Under the pieces are notes generated by a model. That model made no database searches. It was given only the letters and a program-made list of their open reading frames with translations, and was not told the DNA's origin. Shown one piece after another: positions 20,903 to 32,200 of a stretch of DNA of 64,000 bases. The translations under genes were made by a program, and so were the position numbers. The stretch is taken from contig CAWCRS010000007.1 in the NCBI GenBank assembly GCA_963798085.1, forward strand, positions 1,216,001 to 1,280,000, read 5' to 3'. The stretch's first letter is position 1. Each line of letters starts with the position of its first letter. Source of the stretch: an uncultured Gemmatimonadales bacterium (GTDB taxonomy: Bacteria; Gemmatimonadota; Gemmatimonadetes; Longimicrobiales; RSA9).

Positions 20903-20940
20903 CCCGGGCTGTCAGAGAGTGGCCCACAACCCGGGATCGC

Positions 20941-21891
20941 ATGGCGGAGAATCCGACACCGGCGCCGATGCTGCTGCTGGCGGGCACGGCCAATCCCCCG
21001 CTGGCGCAGGAGATTGCGGACCAGATCGGCATGCCGCTCGGAGACCTGACGGTCCGGCGGTTTCAGGATGGGGAGATCTTCGTGCGCATCAACCAGAATG
21101 CGCGCGGCCGCGATGTCTTCATACTTCAGCCCACACCGCCGCCGGCTGAGACCATTCTCGAGCTGTTGCTGCTGATCGACGCCGCGAAGCGCGCTTCGGC
21201 GGCAAGGGTCACGGCCATTGTGTCGTACTTCGGGTACGCGCGGCAGGACCGCAAGGACCAGCCGCGCGTTGCCATTGGCGCCAAACTGATGGCGAACCTG
21301 ATGGAGGCGGCAGGCGCGGACAAGGTTCTGGGCATCGACTTCCACACGCACCAGATCCAGGGCTTTTTCGACGTGCCGGTGGATCACCTGTACGCTGCGC
21401 CGGTGCTCACGCGCTACTTCAAGACGCTGAGCCTGGAGGAGCCTGTGGTGGTGGCGCCCGATGTGGGTGCGGCGAAGATGGCGAGGGGATTTGCCCGTCG
21501 CCTAAATGCGAGCTTCGCCATCATCGACAAGCGACGTCCCGCACACAACGTTGCGGAAGTGATGCAGGTTGTGGGAGAAGTCGAAGGCCGGCCGTGCATC
21601 ATCGTCGATGACATGATCGACACGGCGGGCACGCTGGAAAGCGTGGTGTACGCCCTGAAGGACCGGGGCGCCACGGACATCTTCGCGGCGGCCACGCACG
21701 CACTGCTGTCGGGACCGGCGGTCGAGCGGCTGTCCAGAGCGCCGCTGCGGGAAGTGGTGGTTACCAATACACTGCACATGGCGACGGCGAAGCGGTTTCC
21801 GAAGCTGCGCATTCTGTCGGTGGCCGAGCTGCTGGCGCGCGCGATCATCTACACGCACTCGAACGAATCGGTAAGTCAGCTGTTCGACTGA
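20941..21891 (+). CDS. prs: Ribose-phosphate pyrophosphokinase
   Basis: FQDGE, YFGYARQDRK, VVAPDVG, IVDDMIDTAGT. Confidence 0.98.
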   Translation: MAENPTPAPMLLLAGTANPPLAQEIADQIGMPLGDLTVRRFQDGEIFVRINQNARGRDVFILQPTPPPAETILELLLLIDAAKRASAARVTAIVSYFGYARQDRKDQPRVAIGAKLMANLMEAAGADKVLGIDFHTHQIQGFFDVPVDHLYAAPVLTRYFKTLSLEEPVVVAPDVGAAKMARGFARRLNASFAIIDKRRPAHNVAEVMQVVGEVEGRPCIIVDDMIDTAGTLESVVYALKDRGATDIFAAATHALLSGPAVERLSRAPLREVVVTNTLHMATAKRFPKLRILSVAELLARAIIYTHSNESVSQLFD

Positions 21892-21905
21892 AGGAGACAA
21901 AGCGT

Positions 21906-22571
21906 ATGGCGGCGAACAACGCGAATCTGACTGCGCTCCCGCGTGAGGGGACGGGGAAGGGGAGTGCGCGGAAGCTGCGGGCGGCGGGACGTGTTCCCGC
22001 TGTCATTTACGGACACGGCGATGCGACGCGCAATCTCACTGTCGATGCGCACGAGCTGGAGCTGCTGTTCGCGCGCATCCGGGTCGAGAACACCATCATC
22101 GACGTCGACATCGAAGGCGACGAACCGGTCAAGGTGCTGGTGCGTGAGGTACAGAAGCACGTGTACCGCAATGATGTGCTGCACGTCGACTTCTACCAGA
22201 TCCACGCCGGTCAGCGCATCACGGTGGAGGTACCGGTGCGGCTCGTGGGCGCGGCGCCCGGTGTGAAGGCGGGCGGCATCCTGCAGCACGCGCTCAATTC
22301 CGTCGAGGTGCGCTGTCTGCCGGATCACATTCCGGACACCATCACGGTGGACATCTCGACGCTCGATATCGGCGACTCGGTGCATATCAGCGATGTCACG
22401 CCGCCCGAGGGGGTGGAGTTCCACGTTGATTCCGATCGTACGGTCTGCAGCGTGATCGCGCCGGCGGTTGCGACGGCCGAAGAAGTGGCGGCCGCCGTAC
22501 CGAGCGAGCTGACGGAGCCGGAAGTCATCGCCAAGGGCAAGGTGGACGAAGAGGGCAAGGCGGAGCAGTAG
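21906..22571 (+). CDS. rplY: 50S ribosomal protein L25/Ctc
   Basis: GKGSARKLR, VPAVIYG, LHVDFY. SD AAGGAG. Confidence 0.97.
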   Translation: MAANNANLTALPREGTGKGSARKLRAAGRVPAVIYGHGDATRNLTVDAHELELLFARIRVENTIIDVDIEGDEPVKVLVREVQKHVYRNDVLHVDFYQIHAGQRITVEVPVRLVGAAPGVKAGGILQHALNSVEVRCLPDHIPDTITVDISTLDIGDSVHISDVTPPEGVEFHVDSDRTVCSVIAPAVATAEEVAAAVPSELTEPEVIAKGKVDEEGKAEQ

Positions 22572-22584
22572 TCCGCACACCTGG

Positions 22585-23148
22585 ATGAAGTTGGTGTGCG
22601 GGCTCGGTAATCCGGGCGAAGAGTACGCGGCGACACGTCACAACGCGGGCTGGTGGGTCCTCGAAGAGGCGCGTCGCCGCTGGGAGTTTCCGGCCTTCCG
22701 TCGTGACGGCCGCGCGCGTGTGACGGAGGGTTCGCTGCACGGCAGCACGGTGCGGCTCGTCAAACCGCTCACCTACATGAATCGCAGCGGCAGTGTCCTC
22801 GCCCCGCTGCGCCAGGACCCGGCGTTCGATGTGGTGCGCGACCTGCTCGTCATTGTCGACGACGCCGCTCTGGATGTGGGTCGCATCCGATTCCGCGCGC
22901 AGGGCAGCGCAGGCGGCCACAACGGACTCAAGTCCATCGAAGCCGTGCTCGGCACACGCGAGTATGCCCGCCTGCGCATCGGTGTGGGTGCGCCGCCGCC
23001 CGGTGAGGATCTGTCCGACTGGGTGCTCACGCCGTTCGATCCAGAGGACGAGGCGCAGGTGCGCGCGCGCATTCCCGAGCTGGTAGATGCGGCGGCGCTG
23101 TGGGTGAAGGAAGGCATCGAAGCAGCAGCCAATCGGTTCAACCGCTGA
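22585..23148 (+). CDS. pth: Peptidyl-tRNA hydrolase
   Basis: [29 protein letters not shown]. Confidence 0.98.
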   Translation: MKLVCGLGNPGEEYAATRHNAGWWVLEEARRRWEFPAFRRDGRARVTEGSLHGSTVRLVKPLTYMNRSGSVLAPLRQDPAFDVVRDLLVIVDDAALDVGRIRFRAQGSAGGHNGLKSIEAVLGTREYARLRIGVGAPPPGEDLSDWVLTPFDPEDEAQVRARIPELVDAAALWVKEGIEAAANRFNR

Positions 23149-23194
23149 GTCCGCGGCGGATCGTCCGGCGCTCAATAAGAAACCCGGAGGCGAT

Positions 23195-25348
23195 GTGACA
23201 GTGCTCGGCCTGACGCAGCTCGCGCCATTGCTCGGACTCATGGGCCTGCTGGTGGCGCTCGTGCTCTACCTCTATGTGCGCCGGCAGAGCCGCGGCACGG
23301 ATCTGATGGTCGAGGTCGCGCGTCGCATCCAGGAAGGCGCCATGGCTTTCCTGCGCCGCGAGTACTCCATTCTGGGCCTGTTCGTCGCAGTGGTGGCGAC
23401 GCTGCTCTTCCTGATCACGCGCACGACCAATGCGGCGCTCGCGCCGCAGATGACGCTGGCGTACCTGTCAGGCGCGCTCAGCTCCGTGCTCGCCGGTTAC
23501 TTCGGCATGACTGCGGCAACACGCGCGAACCTGCGCACCGCCGCAGCGGCGTGGGATGGTGATGCCGGCAAGGCGCTCCGCCTTTCCTTCTTCGGCGGCG
23601 CCGTGATGGGACTCTCCGTGGCTGCACTGGGCCTGATCGGTGTCGGTTTCTGGTACTACTTCGGCGGGGCGATCGCGATCAGCGATGTCGAGTACCGCGG
23701 TTTCGCGGAGGTCGTGAGCGGCTTCGCCATGGGTGCCAGCTCGATTGCGCTGTTCGCACGCGTGGGGGGCGGCATTTACACCAAGGCCGCCGACATCGGC
23801 GCCGACCTCGTGGGCAAGGTCGAAGCCAACATCCCGGAAGACGATCCGCGCAATCCCGCAACCATCGCCGACAACGTGGGTGACAATGTGGGCGATGTCG
23901 CGGGCATGGGCGCGGATATCTTCGAGAGCTACGTGGGCGCGGTCATCGCGTCCATTGCGATTGGCGCGACCAACGCGCTCTACGCGCAGGCAAGGGCGCC
24001 GGCCATCGCGCTGCCGCTGCTCAGCATCATGGCGGGACTGGTGGCATCCATCCTGGGCATCGTCGCCATGAAGCTGCTGGAGCGACGGGGCCCGGCGGGG
24101 GCGCTGCGCAACGCCACGATCTTCACGGTGATCGTGTTCCTCGGCTTCATGTATCTGATCGTGCGCGGCCTGCACTTCGAGATCTTCGATCCGGGCATGC
24201 GCCGCGAAATCTCCGCCATGGGCCCGTTCTGGGCCATTGTCGTGGGCGCGGTGATGGGCGTCCTCATCGGGTTCATAACAGAATATTACACAGCGGCGCG
24301 GCCCGTACGCAGCATTGCCGAAGCCAGTGAGACGGGCGCGGCGACGAATCTCATTCAGGGGCTGGCGGTGGGCATGGAGTCGGCGGTGGCGCCCGTGGTG
24401 ATCATCGCATTCGGCATTGCGGTGGCGTTCCTCTGCGCGGGGCTCTACGGCATCGGCATTGCCGCGGTGGGCATGCTGGCCACCGCGGGGATGACCATGT
24501 CGGTCGATGCCTACGGCCCCATCGCCGACAACGCCGGCGGCATCGCGCAGATGAGCAAGCTCGATCCCGACGTGCGCCGCATCACGGACGAGCTGGATGC
24601 GCAGGGCAATACCACCGCGGCCATGGGCAAGGGTTTCGCGATCGGGTCGGCTGCACTCACCGCACTGGCGCTGTTCAACGCCTATGGCGCCGCGGCCGGG
24701 CTCAAACCAGGCCAGCTGGACATCATCGAGCCGCAGGTGATCATCGGCCTGCTCATCGGCGGCGCGATCCCGATGCTGATCGCATCGCTGACCATGAATG
24801 CCGTGCGCCGCGCCGCATCGGGCATGGTGGCCGAAGTGCGGCGCCAGTTCCGCGAGATCCCGGGGCTCATGAAGGGCGAGACCCCGCCGGACAGTGCGCG
24901 CTGCGTCGACATTTCGACGAAGGCCGCGCTGCGCGAGATGATTGCGCCCGGCCTGGTCGCGCTGCTCATGCCTGTGCTGCTCGGCTACTGGAGCACTGAA
25001 GCGCTGGGGGGCATGCTGGCCGGCGCCACCCTGACGGGCGTGCTGCTCGCACTCTTCATGGCCAATGCGGGCGGCGCCTGGGACAACGCCAAGAAATACA
25101 TCGAGAAGAGCGAAGGCGGCCGCGGCTCCGCCGCACACCACGCGGCCATTGTGGGCGACACGGTGGGCGATCCCTTCAAGGACACCGCGGGCCCGTCCAT
25201 GAACATCCTCATCAAGCTGATGAGCATCGTGTCCCTCGTGCTCGCGCCCTGGTTCGTGCGCGTCCACGCGGCCCGCGCCGACGCCGGCGGCGGTCTGGCC
25301 CACTGGCTGGCCAGCCTCGGTCATCTGGTGCGAACATGGTTGGGATAA
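23195..25348 (+). CDS. hppA: Membrane-bound pyrophosphatase, K+-dependent, probably Na+-translocating
   Basis: [45 protein letters not shown]. Confidence 0.95.
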   Translation: MTVLGLTQLAPLLGLMGLLVALVLYLYVRRQSRGTDLMVEVARRIQEGAMAFLRREYSILGLFVAVVATLLFLITRTTNAALAPQMTLAYLSGALSSVLAGYFGMTAATRANLRTAAAAWDGDAGKALRLSFFGGAVMGLSVAALGLIGVGFWYYFGGAIAISDVEYRGFAEVVSGFAMGASSIALFARVGGGIYTKAADIGADLVGKVEANIPEDDPRNPATIADNVGDNVGDVAGMGADIFESYVGAVIASIAIGATNALYAQARAPAIALPLLSIMAGLVASILGIVAMKLLERRGPAGALRNATIFTVIVFLGFMYLIVRGLHFEIFDPGMRREISAMGPFWAIVVGAVMGVLIGFITEYYTAARPVRSIAEASETGAATNLIQGLAVGMESAVAPVVIIAFGIAVAFLCAGLYGIGIAAVGMLATAGMTMSVDAYGPIADNAGGIAQMSKLDPDVRRITDELDAQGNTTAAMGKGFAIGSAALTALALFNAYGAAAGLKPGQLDIIEPQVIIGLLIGGAIPMLIASLTMNAVRRAASGMVAEVRRQFREIPGLMKGETPPDSARCVDISTKAALREMIAPGLVALLMPVLLGYWSTEALGGMLAGATLTGVLLALFMANAGGAWDNAKKYIEKSEGGRGSAAHHAAIVGDTVGDPFKDTAGPSMNILIKLMSIVSLVLAPWFVRVHAARADAGGGLAHWLASLGHLVRTWLG

Positions 25349-25384
25349 GACATCCCGAGCAACGCCGTCAGTAATTGTCCGGCA

Positions 25385-26587
25385 ATGACCAACACGACAT
25401 TCGAAAACGCCATTGCCTTCGCCCAGAGCCTGATCCGCATTCCGGGTCCGCCGGGCGACGAAGGGGATGTGGCGGAGCGGACGCGGAGCGAGCTGGAGCG
25501 GCTGGGCTTCGATGATGTGTGGACCGACGAGACGGGCAATGTGATCGGGCGGGTCCGCGGAACGAGTGGCGCGCCGGCCGTCATGCTGAGCTGCCATCTC
25601 GACGTCGTGGATGTGGGCGACCCGGAAGCATGGGAGTATCCGCCCTTCGGCGGTGTGATCGAGGGCGGGTGGCTGCACGGACGAGGCGCCATGGATATCA
25701 AGGGGCCGCTGGCGCTGCAGACGTACGCGGCCGCGCAGTTTCTGGAGCGCCGGCCACCCGGCGATGTCTACGTCGCGCACACGGTGCTGGAAGAGCGTGG
25801 CGGCTGGGGCATGCAGGAGCTGCTCGAGCGCGGCGAAGTGAAACCGGCCGTCGTGATCATCGGCGAAGCCACGCACGGCGATGTCTGCATCGGGCATCGC
25901 GGTCGCGCCGAGCTGATCGTGGAGATCCAGGGCGTGGCCGGTCACGCGAGTGCGCCGGAACGCGCCAGGAATCCGCTGCGTGTGCTGGCAGCCGTGCTGC
26001 CGCTGGTCAATGTGTTCGGGGCGCAACTGGGCGAGGACGCGATGCTGGGCAAGGCGACGGTTGCGGCTACGGCGGTGCACACGCTGCCGTCAAGCCACAA
26101 CGTGATCCCTGACCGGGCGCGCGTCGTGCTCGATTGGCGCGTGCTGCCCGACACCACTGCCGAGTCCGCAGTGGCGCGGCTGGACACGTTTCTGCGCGAG
26201 CGCATCGCGCTGGAAGAGCCGTATCGCATGAACGTGCGTTTCGGCCGCGAGCAGCAGCACACATGGACGGGAAAGCAACGCGAGCGCCGACTTTTCACGC
26301 CCGGCTTCCTGATGTCGGCCGAGCATCCGGTGGTGCGTGCCGCGGTGGCGGCCGTCGGGGCGGGCAGTGGTCGAGAACCGGCCGTGCGGCCGTGGACGTT
26401 TGCGACCAATGGCGGCCACAGCTGCGGCGTGCACCAGATACCCACCGTGGGCTTCGCGCCGGGTGAGGAGCGCTTCGCGCACACCAACCGAGAGCGACTC
26501 GAGCTGCCTTCAGCGCGGCAGGCGTATGGTGCGTACCCGGGACTCATCGCAGCCGTGCAGCAGGCGGCAATGACGGAGGGCGACTGA
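25385..26587 (+). CDS. M20 family metallo-hydrolase (ArgE/DapE/YgeY-like)
   Basis: CHLDVV, GRGAMDIKG, LEERG, IGEAT, GHASAP, AHT. Confidence 0.9.
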   Translation: MTNTTFENAIAFAQSLIRIPGPPGDEGDVAERTRSELERLGFDDVWTDETGNVIGRVRGTSGAPAVMLSCHLDVVDVGDPEAWEYPPFGGVIEGGWLHGRGAMDIKGPLALQTYAAAQFLERRPPGDVYVAHTVLEERGGWGMQELLERGEVKPAVVIIGEATHGDVCIGHRGRAELIVEIQGVAGHASAPERARNPLRVLAAVLPLVNVFGAQLGEDAMLGKATVAATAVHTLPSSHNVIPDRARVVLDWRVLPDTTAESAVARLDTFLRERIALEEPYRMNVRFGREQQHTWTGKQRERRLFTPGFLMSAEHPVVRAAVAAVGAGSGREPAVRPWTFATNGGHSCGVHQIPTVGFAPGEERFAHTNRERLELPSARQAYGAYPGLIAAVQQAAMTEGD

Positions 26588-26599
26588 GCCGTCGTCGCC

Positions 26600-26628
26600 T
26601 TCCAGTCCCCGGCGCACGCGGTTATACT
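26600..26628 (+). promoter_or_regulatory. Putative sigma70 promoter of the rpsF operon
   Basis: TTCCAG-N17-TATACT. Confidence 0.6.
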
Positions 26629-26640
26629 TCGAACACTTTG

Positions 26641-26685
26641 CTCCTGCCTGACCCCGGCCGGGTCAGGCCGCACAGACCAGAGGAG
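26641..26685 (+). promoter_or_regulatory. S6:S18 autogenous leader structure
   Basis: CTCCT pairs with the SD AGGAG. Inner hairpin GCCTGACCC/GGGTCAGGC is followed by CCG, as in known rpsF leaders. Confidence 0.7.
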
Positions 26686-26693
26686 GGAAGCAC

Positions 26694-27074
26694 GTGAAGG
26701 CCTACGAGGTTGTCTACATCTTCGATTCGCAGGTACCCGACGAGCGGGTGCAGGAGAAGCTCGATCGGTACCACCAGCTGCTGACCGGACCGAACGGCGG
26801 CGAGATTACCGCAACCGATCACTGGGGACGCCGGCCCCTCGCCTTTCCCATCAAGAAGCGCGCGAACGGGAATTACGTCGTCGTCCAGTTCAATGTACCC
26901 AGCGAAGCGCTGCCGGAATTCGAGCGCCTGCTCAAACTGGACGAGGAACTGCTGCGCTACCTGGTGGTGCTGCACGAGGGCGAGCCGACTTCACCCATGT
27001 CCATCGCCACGAGACAGCCGCGACGCAGTGAAGATGGCGAAGACGAAGACTCCGATGAAGAGGAAGGGAACTGA
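26694..27074 (+). CDS. rpsF: 30S ribosomal protein S6
   Basis: YEVVYI, WGRRPLAFPIKK, acidic tail. Confidence 0.97.
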   Translation: MKAYEVVYIFDSQVPDERVQEKLDRYHQLLTGPNGGEITATDHWGRRPLAFPIKKRANGNYVVVQFNVPSEALPEFERLLKLDEELLRYLVVLHEGEPTSPMSIATRQPRRSEDGEDEDSDEEEGN

Positions 27075-27076
27075 CC

Positions 27077-27298
27077 ATGCCGCGTGGAGCCAAAGCCTGT
27101 CCGCTGTGTGAGTCGGGGATCCGCGAGATCAATTACAAGGATGAGAAGACGCTGTCCCGCATGATGACGGAGCAGGGCAAGATTCTGCCCCGCCGCATGA
27201 CAGGAATGTGTGCGCGCCATCAGCGACAGGTGGGTCTGGCCATCAAGCGCGGCCGTTTCCTGGCGCTGCTGCCCTATGTGAGGAGGTCGTTCGTCTGA
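27077..27298 (+). CDS. rpsR: 30S ribosomal protein S18 (Zn-binding C+ form)
   Basis: CPLC, INYKD, GKILPRRMTG, CARHQR, LALLPY. Confidence 0.97.
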   Translation: MPRGAKACPLCESGIREINYKDEKTLSRMMTEQGKILPRRMTGMCARHQRQVGLAIKRGRFLALLPYVRRSFV

Positions 27299-28206
27299 TC
27301 CAGCGACGGCGAAGCTGGGCCGGCGCAGCCGGGCTTCTTGTGATCACCGGGCTGTTCTGGATGATCCACTCGGTGCTGCTGATCTTCGTGCCGCTGTCGC
27401 TCATGCTCATCGCCCTGCCGCCGAGACGGCCAGCGGCAATGCTGGCCGGCGCGGTTGTGGTGCCGCTGCTTCTGCTGGGTCCGTCCGGCGACCTGCTGGC
27501 GGATTTCGGGCGAGGCTGGGCGTTGACCCTGGGTGCATGGTTCCTGGTCAGCTGCGTAGTGGTGCGGCGCGAAGGGTTTTTCCGGCGGGGCATTGCCGCT
27601 CTGGGCGCCGCGGTCGTGACGACGGCAGTATTCTTCGGGCTGCACCCGCACGTGTTCGCATTGCTCGACACCGCGATTCGTGCGGACCTGAATCAGGGCG
27701 TGCAGGGCGTCCTGACGGCGCTGGGCAGTCGCGCAACACCGGCGGTGCGTGACGCAGTGCAGCAGAGCGTGGCACTGCAGGCGACGCTCTATCCGTCGCT
27801 GCTGGCGATCGCCTCACTGGCAGCCCTCGCGGTCGCGTGGTGGGCGTACCGCCGCATTGCGATGCGCGATCTCGACCCGCTCAGTCCGCTGCGCGACTTC
27901 CGCTTCGCGGATGGGCTGGTCTGGCTGCTGATCGCAGGGCTCGTGCTGACCGTGCTGCCGCTGAATCAGCTGGCGGAGCGCGCCGGCTCGAACCTGCTCG
28001 CATTCATGGCCGCGCTGTACGCGTTGCGCGGCATCGCGGTGCTGCTGGTGCTGGGTGTGGCGCCCGGTCCGATGGGTGTTGCGCTGGCGGTGCTGATGAC
28101 GATCGTGCTGACGCCGCTGGTGGTGGCGGCGACGTTCGTGGTGGGACTGACTGATACGTGGCTGGATATCCGGACGCGCCGAGCGGCCGAGCCGCCCGGC
28201 TCCTGA
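27295..28206 (+). CDS. DUF2232/YybS family membrane protein
   Basis: Multi-TM, C-terminal GLTDTWLDIR, usual position between rpsR and rplI. Start uncertain. Confidence 0.85.
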   Translation: MIQRRRSWAGAAGLLVITGLFWMIHSVLLIFVPLSLMLIALPPRRPAAMLAGAVVVPLLLLGPSGDLLADFGRGWALTLGAWFLVSCVVVRREGFFRRGIAALGAAVVTTAVFFGLHPHVFALLDTAIRADLNQGVQGVLTALGSRATPAVRDAVQQSVALQATLYPSLLAIASLAALAVAWWAYRRIAMRDLDPLSPLRDFRFADGLVWLLIAGLVLTVLPLNQLAERAGSNLLAFMAALYALRGIAVLLVLGVAPGPMGVALAVLMTIVLTPLVVAATFVVGLTDTWLDIRTRRAAEPPGS

Positions 28207-28218
28207 GGGAGAAATCGA

Positions 28219-28683
28219 ATGAAGCACGTGAAAGTGATCCTGCGCCAGAAGCACGAGAATCTGGGCGACCCCGGCCAGGTGGTGTCGGTGCGGCCCGGTT
28301 TCGCGCGTAACTACCTGTTGCCGCGCGGTCTGGCCTACGAAGCGAGTGCCGCCAACATGCGTCAACTCGAGGACGACAAGCGGCGGACGGAACACCGCGC
28401 GAAGCGCGATTTCCTGGAGGCCAGGCGGCGCGCGGCGCAGCTGGATGGCGTGTCGCTCACCTTCCACGCCAAAGCAGGCGAGGAGTCGAAGCTGTTCGGC
28501 TCGATCACATCGGGAGACATTGCGGACCGCCTGAACGAGCAGGGTTCGCTGGACTTCGAGGTGGACCGCCGGCAGATCGATCTGGACGATCCCATCAAGG
28601 CGCTGGGCGTCTACACCGTGTCCATCCGGCTGCACACGGATGTGCGGCCTGAGGTGAAAGTCTGGGTCATCAAGGCCGACTGA
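28219..28683 (+). CDS. rplI: 50S ribosomal protein L9
   Basis: VRPGFARNYLLPRG, KLFGSIT. Confidence 0.98.
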   Translation: MKHVKVILRQKHENLGDPGQVVSVRPGFARNYLLPRGLAYEASAANMRQLEDDKRRTEHRAKRDFLEARRRAAQLDGVSLTFHAKAGEESKLFGSITSGDIADRLNEQGSLDFEVDRRQIDLDDPIKALGVYTVSIRLHTDVRPEVKVWVIKAD

Positions 28684-28710
28684 CGCGCTCGCCGGTACTG
28701 ACAAGCGACG

Positions 28711-28750
28711 GCGGCCGGCCCCGCGGGGTCGGCCGCTTTCGTTCATTCTT
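28711..28750 (+). terminator. Intrinsic terminator after rplI
   Basis: GCGGCCGGCCC-cgcg-GGGTCGGCCGC followed by TTTCGTTCATTCTT. Confidence 0.75.
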
Positions 28751-28881
28751 GCGGCGCCGCACCGGCGCCGCGCACAATGGGAACGCAGGTTGCGGGGGGT
28801 GCACGGTACCGGAACATCCGTTCACCAGCCGAGTTTGACTCTCCGGAAAGGCATGATGAAGCGACCCGCGAGCCCCGCGTC

Positions 28882-29253
28882 GTGAAGACGGCCCATCGTC
28901 GGGCTGCAGTGAGCCGACCGGCCGAGCTGGACGTGGCCATCGACGCGGCAAGGGACCGGAAGGGTGCCGACCTGCTGCTCCTTGACCTGCGCGGCATTTC
29001 GGACGCGACTGACTATTTCCTGCTCGCGACCGGAACTTCGGATACGCACGTCCGGTCGATTGCGGAAAACATACTCCAGGCGCTCGCGGAACGAGGCACG
29101 AAACCCAGCCACGTGGAAGGCATCCTCTCGGGCCGCTGGGTGCTCATCGATTGCATCGATTTCGTGGTTCACGTCTTTCATCCTGCAGCGCGCGCGTTCT
29201 ACCAGTTGGAGCGGCTGTGGGGCGACGCTCCAGCGCAGTCCCTTGAAGCCTGA
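28882..29253 (+). CDS. rsfS: Ribosome silencing factor RsfS/Iojap
   Basis: DYFLLATG, WVLIDCIDFVVHVF, FYQLERLWGDA. Start uncertain (GTG 28882 or 28909). Confidence 0.93.
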   Translation: MKTAHRRAAVSRPAELDVAIDAARDRKGADLLLLDLRGISDATDYFLLATGTSDTHVRSIAENILQALAERGTKPSHVEGILSGRWVLIDCIDFVVHVFHPAARAFYQLERLWGDAPAQSLEA

Positions 29254-29263
29254 GGGGGGTGTC

Positions 29264-32200
29264 ATGCTCCGACGCAGTCTGATTGCCGCTCTCCTCGCGG
29301 TTTCCGCTGTTGCCGTTCCGGCCGCAGCGCGGGCGCAGTATTTCGGGCGCAACAAGGTTCACTACCGCTCGTTCGACTTCCAGGTCATCAAGACCGAGCA
29401 CTTCGATCTCTACTACTATCCGCGCGAGCGGGCCGCGGCGGTGGATGCGGCGCGCATGATCGAGCGCTCGTACGGCCGGCTGTCGCGCGTCCTGCAGCAC
29501 GAATTCCGTGACCGCAAGCCGGTCATCGTCTACGCCTCGCACAGTGATTTCCAGCAGACCAACGCGTTGCCCAGCTTCATCGACGAGGCGACGGGTGGTG
29601 TCACGGAAGCCCTGAAGAGCCGCATCATCCTGCCGTTCACAGGGTCGTACGCGGATTTCGATCACGTTCTCACGCACGAGCTGGTGCACGGGTTCCAGTA
29701 CGACGTGATGTTCCGCCGCGGTGTGATGGCGGATGCGTCACCATTCGGCGCCCGCCTGCCGCTGTGGTTCATGGAGGGCATGGCGGAATACCTGTCGATC
29801 GGCAGCATCGATCCGCACACCCAGAGCTGGCTGCGCGACGCCGCACTCGCCGGGTATCTGCGTACGATCGACGAGATGTCGCTGCGCGACGACTACCTGT
29901 CCTACCGCTTCGGCCAGTCGCTCTGGGCGTATGTGGGTGAGAAGTGGGGCGACGAGGTCATCGGCATTATCCTCCAGAAAGCGCCGCGTGTGGGCGTGGA
30001 TCGCGCGTTCGCTTCCACGCTGGGTCTGTCGCTCGACGAGCTGAGCTCGGAATGGCTCACGGCGGTGCGTCGGCAGTACCTGCCGCAGGTCGCGGAATTC
30101 CAGCAGCCGGCGACGTTCGCGCAGCGACTCACCGTGCACAACAAGCTGGAAGACCCGTGGTTTCTGGCGCCTGCGCTGTCGCCGGATGGCAGCCAGATGG
30201 CGTTCATATCGCAGCGCGATGGCTTCGCCTTCGATCTCTATCTGGCGGATGCGCACACGGGCAAGGTGCGGCGCAAGCTGGTCGATGCGGAGAAGAGCAG
30301 CGGCTTCGAATCGCTGCGCTTCCTCAATTCGACGGCGTCCTTCTCGCCCGATGGTCGCTACATCGCATTTGCGGCGCAGACGGGTGGCCGCGACGCGCTG
30401 TACCTGTACGACCTCAAGCGCAAGGGTGTAAGCAAGAAGCTGTCGTTCGACCTCAACGGCGTATCCAACCCGAGCTGGTCGCCGGACGGACAGCGCATCG
30501 TTTTCACGGGGATGGATGGCGGTCTCAGCGATCTGTACGTCACCGATCTGCACGGCCGTCTGGACACGCTGACGCACGACCGCTACGCAGACCTGCTGCC
30601 TGCATGGTCGCCGGATGGCAGACGCATCGCCTTCACGACGGACCGCGGGCCGGGCACCAACCTGGACGCATTGTCCTACGGCAACTATCGCGTGGCGCTG
30701 TACGACCTGGACAGCCGCTCGATCGATGTACTGCCGCAGCAGAACGAGGGCAAGAACGTGAATCCGGTGTGGTCACCGGACGGCAACGAGCTGATCTGGG
30801 TGAACGACCGCACTGCGACCAACGACCTGTATCTGTACGAGCTGAAGACGGGTGAGCTGTCGCGCATCTCCAATGTACTGTCAGGCGTGATCGGCATCGG
30901 GCCGCTCAGCCCGGTGCTCTCCTGGTCACGCAGCGGCTCGCTGGCCTTCGTCTACTTCGAACAGGCGGGTTACAACATCTACAGCGTGGCGGACCCGCTG
31001 AAGCTGCCGCGCATGGCAGTGCCGCGCGCGGTTCGTCCGGTCATCGCGGATGGCGATGGCCAGGCGGGCGCGTCGGCGCCGGCACTGCGTCTGGCACCGC
31101 GTCACGAGCAGCCGTCGCAGCGCACGTCCAGCTTTGACGGTTCGTTCTATCGCACCGGCTCGAACTTCCGGGCGAGCAATGCGCCGCAGAAGGTTGCGCC
31201 CGAACAGCTGGCGCCGGTGTCCGTGGTGGCATTGCTGGACAGCGCCGCGCTGGCGCTGCCGGACACGGGCGGCTTCCAGTTCCAGCGCTACAAGACGAAA
31301 TTCACACCCGACATGATCGGCCGTCCCACGATCGGCGCGAATGTGGGCGGCTACTACGGCAACGGCATCTACGGTGGCAGCTACATCCAGCTGTCCGACA
31401 TGCTTGGCAATCACAACATTCTGGCCGCAGCCAACATCAATGGCTCGCTGTCGGACGCCAACATGTTCGCGGGCTACAGCTTCCTGAAGACGCGCACGAA
31501 TTTCGGCTTTGCGATCGAGCAGACGCCGCTCTACCGCTACTTCGGCACCTACGAGACCAACCTGGACAGTGATGGCCAGACGCGCGACGTCATCGCCAAT
31601 GTGTTCGTACGCAATGTGATACGCAGCGGCGAAGCGCTGATCAGTTATCCATTCAGCACGTTCCGCCGCTTCGAGCTGGGCGCGAGTGCGGTCAGCTACA
31701 AGAGCGACATCCTGTACCGCGGCTACAATGCGCTGACCTACGATCCGGTACAGGTGGACAGTCGTATCGGCTCGCTGTCGTATGTGCAGCCGATGGCGGC
31801 GCTGGTCTTCGATAACTCGCTGTTTGGCTGGACCGGTCCCGTCCTGGGGCGGCGCTACCGGCTGCAGTTCTCCCGCTCGCTGGGCGACCTGACGTTCAGC
31901 GAGGCGCTGGCCGACATCCGCAACTACTGGAACGTCAAGCAGAAGGTGGTCTTCGCTGCGCGCTTCGTGGGACTCTCGCGTTTCGGCGGGGATGCCGACC
32001 GTTTCTCGCTGTACTGGGGCGGGCCCTATTTCCTGCGCGGCTACGACGGCGGGTCCTTCAAGCCGAGTGGCAGCGAGTGCGAGGCCAGTCAGACCTACTC
32101 GGGCAATGGCTCGCTGTCGAGCTGCCCGGTGCGCGATCAGCTCATCGGCTCGAGCGCGGCGCTGGCCAACTTCGAGGTGCGCGTGCCCGTGATCAAGGAG

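Noticed and set aside
23468..26080. Long antisense ORFs (e.g. 870 aa here, 606 aa at 43857-45677, 761 aa at 49400-51685)
   Set aside because: Shadow ORFs opposite well-supported genes, expected at high GC, with no recognisable motifs.
26402..26416. M20 FAT(N)GG as another D>N miscall
   Set aside because: YgeY-type enzymes naturally have FSTNG here, so it was not counted as evidence.
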